From positions 372,001-436,000 of the forward strand of contig JALMLS010000612.1 in NCBI GenBank assembly GCA_038496445.1: a DNA stretch of 64,000 bases, given 5' to 3'. The notes below the pieces were generated by a model. That model was not told the origin of the DNA. It saw only the letters and a list, made by a program, of their open reading frames with translations, and searched no databases. Below, in pieces: positions 63,596 through 64,000 of this stretch; the first letter of the stretch is position 1; the number at the start of each line of letters is the position of its first letter. Both the position numbers and the translations under genes were made by a program. The DNA comes from Trichosphaerium sp. ATCC 40318 (Eukaryota > Protista > Tubulinea).

Positions 63596-64000
63596 ATAGT
63601 TACTCTATTGAATGTAACCTCAAAAGTGATCGCCGTATGTTTCTCACTCGCGCTAAGAACTTAGATTTATAATCCATGTTAAGGACAAGCATCGGACAAG
63701 AAGTTTGAGCTCTACAGCACCCACCGTAGCAGTTGGCTCTATGCATAGGCATGGCAACTGTTAGATCCACGAGTGCTCGGCAAGCATCACAAATAGTAGG
63801 ACTGACAGGCTGACTCGCTCAGTACAGTAACTTGGTTAACCTGTAGTCGACCATCATGACGATGCTTTTTACCCGATGTACCGCTTAAAGATGAGAACTT
63901 AAACAAAAAAGACCATTACCACTTCCAGCTTTTACTTACGATTAACTTGATGGCAACAATCGCAACAGAGGAAAATCAGTACGTAGTGCTTCAAGTACAA

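Overview
Gene-dense, AT-rich eukaryotic nuclear DNA from a protist, probably an amoebozoan (inferred from gene families and splice signals, not proven). Nearly all genes are split by many short spliceosomal introns (mostly 35-70 nt, donors GTACGT/GTATGT/GTAAGT), so the ORF track shows only exon fragments. Gene models below were spliced by eye, and the coordinates are gene spans. Recognisable genes: ALG2, UvrD/Srs2-like helicase, mitochondrial EF-G2, TLC/Lag1 protein, PH-domain protein, MMTAG2 homologue, EF-hand protein, DUF2306 protein, DnaJ protein, ERp29-like protein, beta-helix surface protein, G-alpha, MSH4, ODC, LSm6 and a xanthine/aldehyde oxidase. Main oddities: (1) two paralogues with exon-phased ~65-70 aa 'xxDWY' repeats fused to a PD-(D/E)XK nuclease-like domain; (2) three U12-type (minor spliceosome) introns; (3) about 10 GC-AG introns; (4) a G-alpha lacking the canonical catalytic Arg and its partner Glu; (5) a 1.65-kb inverted duplication with one frameshifted copy; (6) genes resembling giant-virus families; (7) several candidate structured ncRNAs. 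No database searches were possible, so family assignments rest on motif recognition.
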